IMG/VR virus record: IMGVR_UViG_3300011334_000063
Location: 1-28,603 of that record
DNA: 28,603 nucleotides
Direction: 5' to 3' (one strand)
Origin: a virus
Lineage: Duplodnaviria > Caudoviricetes
Below are positions 25,594 through 28,603 of the stretch, in pieces (the first letter of the stretch is position 1; each line of letters opens with the position of its first letter). A model generated the notes under the pieces. That model was not told the DNA's origin and made no database searches. It saw only the letters and a list, made by a program, of their open reading frames with translations. Both the position numbers and the translations under genes were made by a program.

Positions 25594-26303
25594 AGTTTCT
25601 CTCCCATAAATACTTTGACCCACATAGCAGTGACGTCTGATCTGATAATATCACCTACTTCAAACTCTACAATAGAGACAGGAAGCATGTGTTTCTTAGC
25701 TAGGTGAATAACCTTTGTAAGACCATCGGCCTCTTTAAGATCGCTTTGTTGCACATCACCATTAAGAACGATAGTAGAGCCTTCACCAACCCTTGTCAAC
25801 AACATTTTGAGTTCGTGAGTAGTGATGTTCTGTGTCTCGTCCACAATAATAAAGGCGTTCTCAAAAGACCTGCCTCGCATAAGAGCCAGAGGGGCCATTT
25901 CAATGTTACCATTCTTGATTGCAGTTTCCACTGCCCCCTTACCCAGATGCTTCTCTAGGACATCAAGTACAGGTAAAGCCCAAGGCATAGTCTTCTCTTG
26001 TAGATCACCCTTTAGAAAACCCAACTCTTTGCCGACAGAGACCATAGGACGTGTAATAACGATCTTATCAATCTTCTTTAGCGTATATAGGTCTGCGGCA
26101 TAGGTTGCTGTAACGTAAGTCTTACCAGTACCTGCGGGGCCAAGGATAAAGACTTGAGTACTAGACTTCAAGGCATTGATTAAGTCTTGCTGTTTAGCTG
26201 TTTTAGCAACAAGTCCAGAGGTAAGTTTTACATCAGAGTTCTTGTATTTAGTTGTACGACGAGTAGATTTACGAGAGCCTTGAGCTTCATTATCAGGGAT
26301 CAT
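25590..26303 (-). CDS. phoH: PhoH-family ATPase
   Basis: GPAGTGKT, LGFL.G, MRGRSF, DE.QN, LTR.G, GD..QSD motifs. Confidence 0.95.
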   Translation of the reverse strand: MIPDNEAQGSRKSTRRTTKYKNSDVKLTSGLVAKTAKQQDLINALKSSTQVFILGPAGTGKTYVTATYAADLYTLKKIDKIVITRPMVSVGKELGFLKGDLQEKTMPWALPVLDVLEKHLGKGAVETAIKNGNIEMAPLALMRGRSFENAFIIVDETQNITTHELKMLLTRVGEGSTIVLNGDVQQSDLKEADGLTKVIHLAKKHMLPVSIVEFEVGDIIRSDVTAMWVKVFMGEKL

Positions 26304-26533
26304 AGCTTACTTTCTTTATCTTTAAGATATACCTCTAGCTCTGCGTACCCACCAATATAATGGTCTCCATCCCAAATCTGTGGTAGGGTATTCAACTTAG
26401 CTACTTTCATCAACAATTTAGTTAGTGGGTGGTCATGGTACAAATAGTATTTATAGACTTCATTTTTAATCTCTAATAGTTTTGCTGCTTTATCACACCA
26501 AATGCAATCCCAACGCCCAATAATTGTGTACAT
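26300..26533 (-). CDS. Glutaredoxin
   Basis: CIWC, TLPQIW, IGGY.EL. Confidence 0.9.
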   Translation of the reverse strand: MYTIIGRWDCIWCDKAAKLLEIKNEVYKYYLYHDHPLTKLLMKVAKLNTLPQIWDGDHYIGGYAELEVYLKDKESKL

Positions 26534-26575
26534 ATTTTATCCCTTGTGTTGGTTGGCCCGCCCTGAGGGATTTGA
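26531..26575 (-). repeat. Copy of the tRNA 3' end plus downstream RBS/ATG (40/45 identical to 26839-26883)
   Basis: Direct comparison; 308-bp offset. Confidence 0.9.
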
Positions 26576-26788
26576 TTGAGGTGTTAACAATGCGCCCTCA
26601 TTCAGTTTGTTTGCCATGTGGATGGCAAAAGGTTTGGGCATAAACGGCGGGGCGGGCGGAAAATCTTGACCTGTCGCCAGTTTGTATGCCTCGTGCGTAT
26701 CGTTGTAGTCTTTTGGGCTGTCTTTGGTTACATACCAAAACACCCAATCGTCATTTTCATCGGAGGCCGATCTGGCGCGCCAAGTCAC
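26537..26788 (-). CDS. Hypothetical protein (83 aa) on a GC-richer insert
   Basis: GTG start, SD GGAGG; reads through the repeat copy; preceded by an 18-aa ORF at 26785-26841. Confidence 0.6.
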   Translation of the reverse strand: MTWRARSASDENDDWVFWYVTKDSPKDYNDTHEAYKLATGQDFPPAPPFMPKPFAIHMANKLNEGALLTPQSNPSGRANQHKG

Positions 26789-26861
26789 TTCAACCCCTCC
26801 CCTGTTGCTGCTGCCATTACAGCCCTGATTTCACTTGTCATATCTTATCCTCTATGTTGGT

Positions 26862-26937
26862 TGGCCCGCCCTGAGTGATTTGAACACCCGACCTGAGAAT
26901 TAGAAGTTCCCTGCTCTATCCACTGAGCTAAGGGCGG
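26862..26937 (-). tRNA. tRNA-Arg (anticodon UCU)
   Basis: Acceptor CCGCCCT/AGGGCGG + G CCA; D arm GCTC/GAGC; anticodon arm GGGAA-CTTCTAA-TTCTC; T loop TTCAAAT; 76 nt. Confidence 0.95.
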
Positions 26938-26940
26938 TAT

Positions 26941-26973
26941 AAAACCTAGGACAAAAGCTGATTCTGTCCTAGG
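26941..26973 (-). terminator. Terminator-like hairpin between the RNR gene and the tRNA
   Basis: CCTAGGACAGAA/TTTTGTCCTAGG followed by TTTT on the minus strand. Confidence 0.65.
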
Positions 26974-26986
26974 CATTGTAATATGA

Positions 26987-27880
26987 TTACGTCACATCAA
27001 CAATCTCACAAGAGCCTACACAAGCAAAAGTCTGTGATCCAGATGTGTTGTCTTCTACTTCATACTCTGAAAGTTTAGCCCAATCAATGTCTTTCGGCAT
27101 TAGAGCCATAGCTTTATCATAAGTTTCCTTGTCAATCTCTTGATAAGGGGCCTGCTGATAAGTGTGTTCATTGTATGGCAAGAAAGACACGCCAGACATT
27201 TCATCAAGGTGTTTATAGACAAAAGCACCTACATCGAACCATTCGTCTTTTCTGACATTGATCGTGACAGAAGGTTTATGCTCACACCAGCTACGCTGAT
27301 AAGCCAACCACATTTCCAACTGGTCGATAGCACTAAGGTCAGCCGTGACCACTGCACCATCTGGGGCCTTCATTGGGAAGCTAAACACAGTTGTCTGCGC
27401 AGGCTTCATCACATCAGGTTCAGACGGGATACCTTGGTCTTTCATAAACTGTGTCAGAGGGTCTTTGTTGTCCCCACGGACAGTGCGAATATAATAGGCT
27501 GAGTGCCGAGCATGAATACCAGAAGCAGAGTCGACAAGTTGTGATACTGTACCAGATGGTTTGACGCAAGTAATAGCAGCAGAGACAGGGATGCCAAGGC
27601 GTTTAGCCCACTCAGCATTTGTAGTAATAGCCACATTCTTTAGATGCTCCAAGGTTTGAGACAAGCCAGCGTTCTTTGTAGTCATTAGGGGGTTATCCAT
27701 GATCCCCGTCAGAGACACACCTAGCAGACGTTCTTCTTCTGTGTTCTTAGTCCAAATATCCCGCAAGTAAGGAAACTTAGTATAAGTAGATTGGATAGTC
27801 CCCAAGATGGTAGCGAGTCTAACTTTCCTCTCTAGGTCTTTTAGGGTATCTGTTGCACGAATGACGACTTCGGTTAGATT
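26987..27880 (-). CDS. nrdJ: Class II (B12-dependent) ribonucleotide reductase, 3' exon
   Basis: NLTEV, RLLGVSLTG, CVKPSGTVSQL, WCEHKPS, C-terminal CxxxC; begins immediately after the intron terminal G. Confidence 0.92.
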   Translation of the reverse strand, partial: NLTEVVIRATDTLKDLERKVRLATILGTIQSTYTKFPYLRDIWTKNTEEERLLGVSLTGIMDNPLMTTKNAGLSQTLEHLKNVAITTNAEWAKRLGIPVSAAITCVKPSGTVSQLVDSASGIHARHSAYYIRTVRGDNKDPLTQFMKDQGIPSEPDVMKPAQTTVFSFPMKAPDGAVVTADLSAIDQLEMWLAYQRSWCEHKPSVTINVRKDEWFDVGAFVYKHLDEMSGVSFLPYNEHTYQQAPYQEIDKETYDKAMALMPKDIDWAKLSEYEVEDNTSGSQTFACVGSCEIVDVT

Positions 27881-28603
27881 CATTTATGTTCACTGATATG
27901 CGCTAGTTATCAGCGGTAGCGTGTTAAAACCCATTCCGCAAACTTGATTAACTCCTCTGGGGAAGCGTCAACCTTCATCATATTTGCTCGGTGAGAAACA
28001 ACCATTACGTTGCCTTTCACATAACCCTTATTGTTGTCAACACGATCAAGAGCTGGACTATTAGGGTTTCCGCCAGATCGACCTTTGTGGGCAACAAGTT
28101 CAATACCCAATACTGGGCAATGGGTTGGGATGTGGATGTCAGAGAGTTCTAAATCAAACTCGTGTCCACGTTCTTTAGCCCTACCTTTTGCTCTCGCAAG
28201 CATTCTTTTCTCAGGGGCCGCAGATTTAACACGCTCGGAATTACAACTTGGGCAAAGCGTGACTGTCTTGCTTGTGATAGTAAAGATGGTGTTGCAAGTG
28301 CTACTAGAGCATTCACGGGTAACATCTCCAACAAGATTTCCTTCACGATTACGCTTCATCATAACTCCATTCTCCTGCAAGTTTCCATGCAGATCAGACT
28401 ATATCATCACCCTAATGTCAATAGGGGCAAGGCACTTCCACCCGCTTGGGTGTATGGACATTATTGACTGTTCTAGTCTCTCGTCCTAGTCGTTGAACCT
28501 TCCACATCATCCCTGATGGGCTTGGCTGCTGATTACCATATGCTATGCACTTAGGCTTCCCAGCAATTCACCTTGTTTTACTTCTGCTATCTTCTTAACA
28601 GAA
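27881..28603 (-). ncRNA. Group I self-splicing intron in nrdJ (5' end outside the window)
   Basis: P GAATTGCTGGGAA (28557-28569), Q AATCAGCAGCC (28524-28534), R GTTCAACGACTA (28487-28498), S GATATAGTCT (28396-28405); P3 CAAGGTG/TGCCTTG; P9 GAAA hairpin; terminal G at 27881. Confidence 0.93.
27910..28362 (-). CDS. Intron-encoded HNH-type homing endonuclease
   Basis: C..C/CxxC, CPVLG, LDRVDNNKGYVKGNV.VVS.RAN..K; SD GGAG before ATG 28362. Confidence 0.9.
   Translation of the reverse strand: MMKRNREGNLVGDVTRECSSSTCNTIFTITSKTVTLCPSCNSERVKSAAPEKRMLARAKGRAKERGHEFDLELSDIHIPTHCPVLGIELVAHKGRSGGNPNSPALDRVDNNKGYVKGNVMVVSHRANMMKVDASPEELIKFAEWVLTRYR

Noticed and set aside
28031-28489. Plus-strand ORFs over the intron and HNH, and other short antisense ORFs in the track
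   Set aside because: Shadows of well-supported opposite-strand genes or RNA structure.

Overview
Part of a tailed dsDNA phage genome (siphovirus-type), probably infecting an alphaproteobacterium. The host is inferred from GANTC/CtrA-like motifs and gene content. Layout: (i) 1-2170, a compositionally distinct, GANTC-rich operon of small early-type genes with its own promoter and terminator; (ii) about 1 kb non-coding region with two perfect IHF consensus sites before terS; (iii) 3196-25071 (+), complete packaging, head, neck, tail, tail-fibre and lysis modules (endolysin, two holin-like genes, u-spanin), with two free-standing HNH genes; (iv) after a bidirectional terminator, (-) strand nucleotide-metabolism genes: DUF3310-like, PhoH, glutaredoxin, tRNA-Arg(UCU) and a class II ribonucleotide reductase interrupted by a group I intron carrying an HNH gene. 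The most unusual signals are an HNH cassette that brings a replacement 3' end for the frameshifted tail-chaperone gene and leaves the old 3' end intact downstream; an RNA hairpin whose loop is complementary to three downstream CCCGAC boxes, one of them between the SD and start codon of the chaperone; clustering of CcrM/GcrA-type and CtrA-type motifs at the early operon; and a multi-domain prohead-protease polyprotein with repeated K-A-[DEQ]-Y junctions. All counts were made by hand and no database searches were run.
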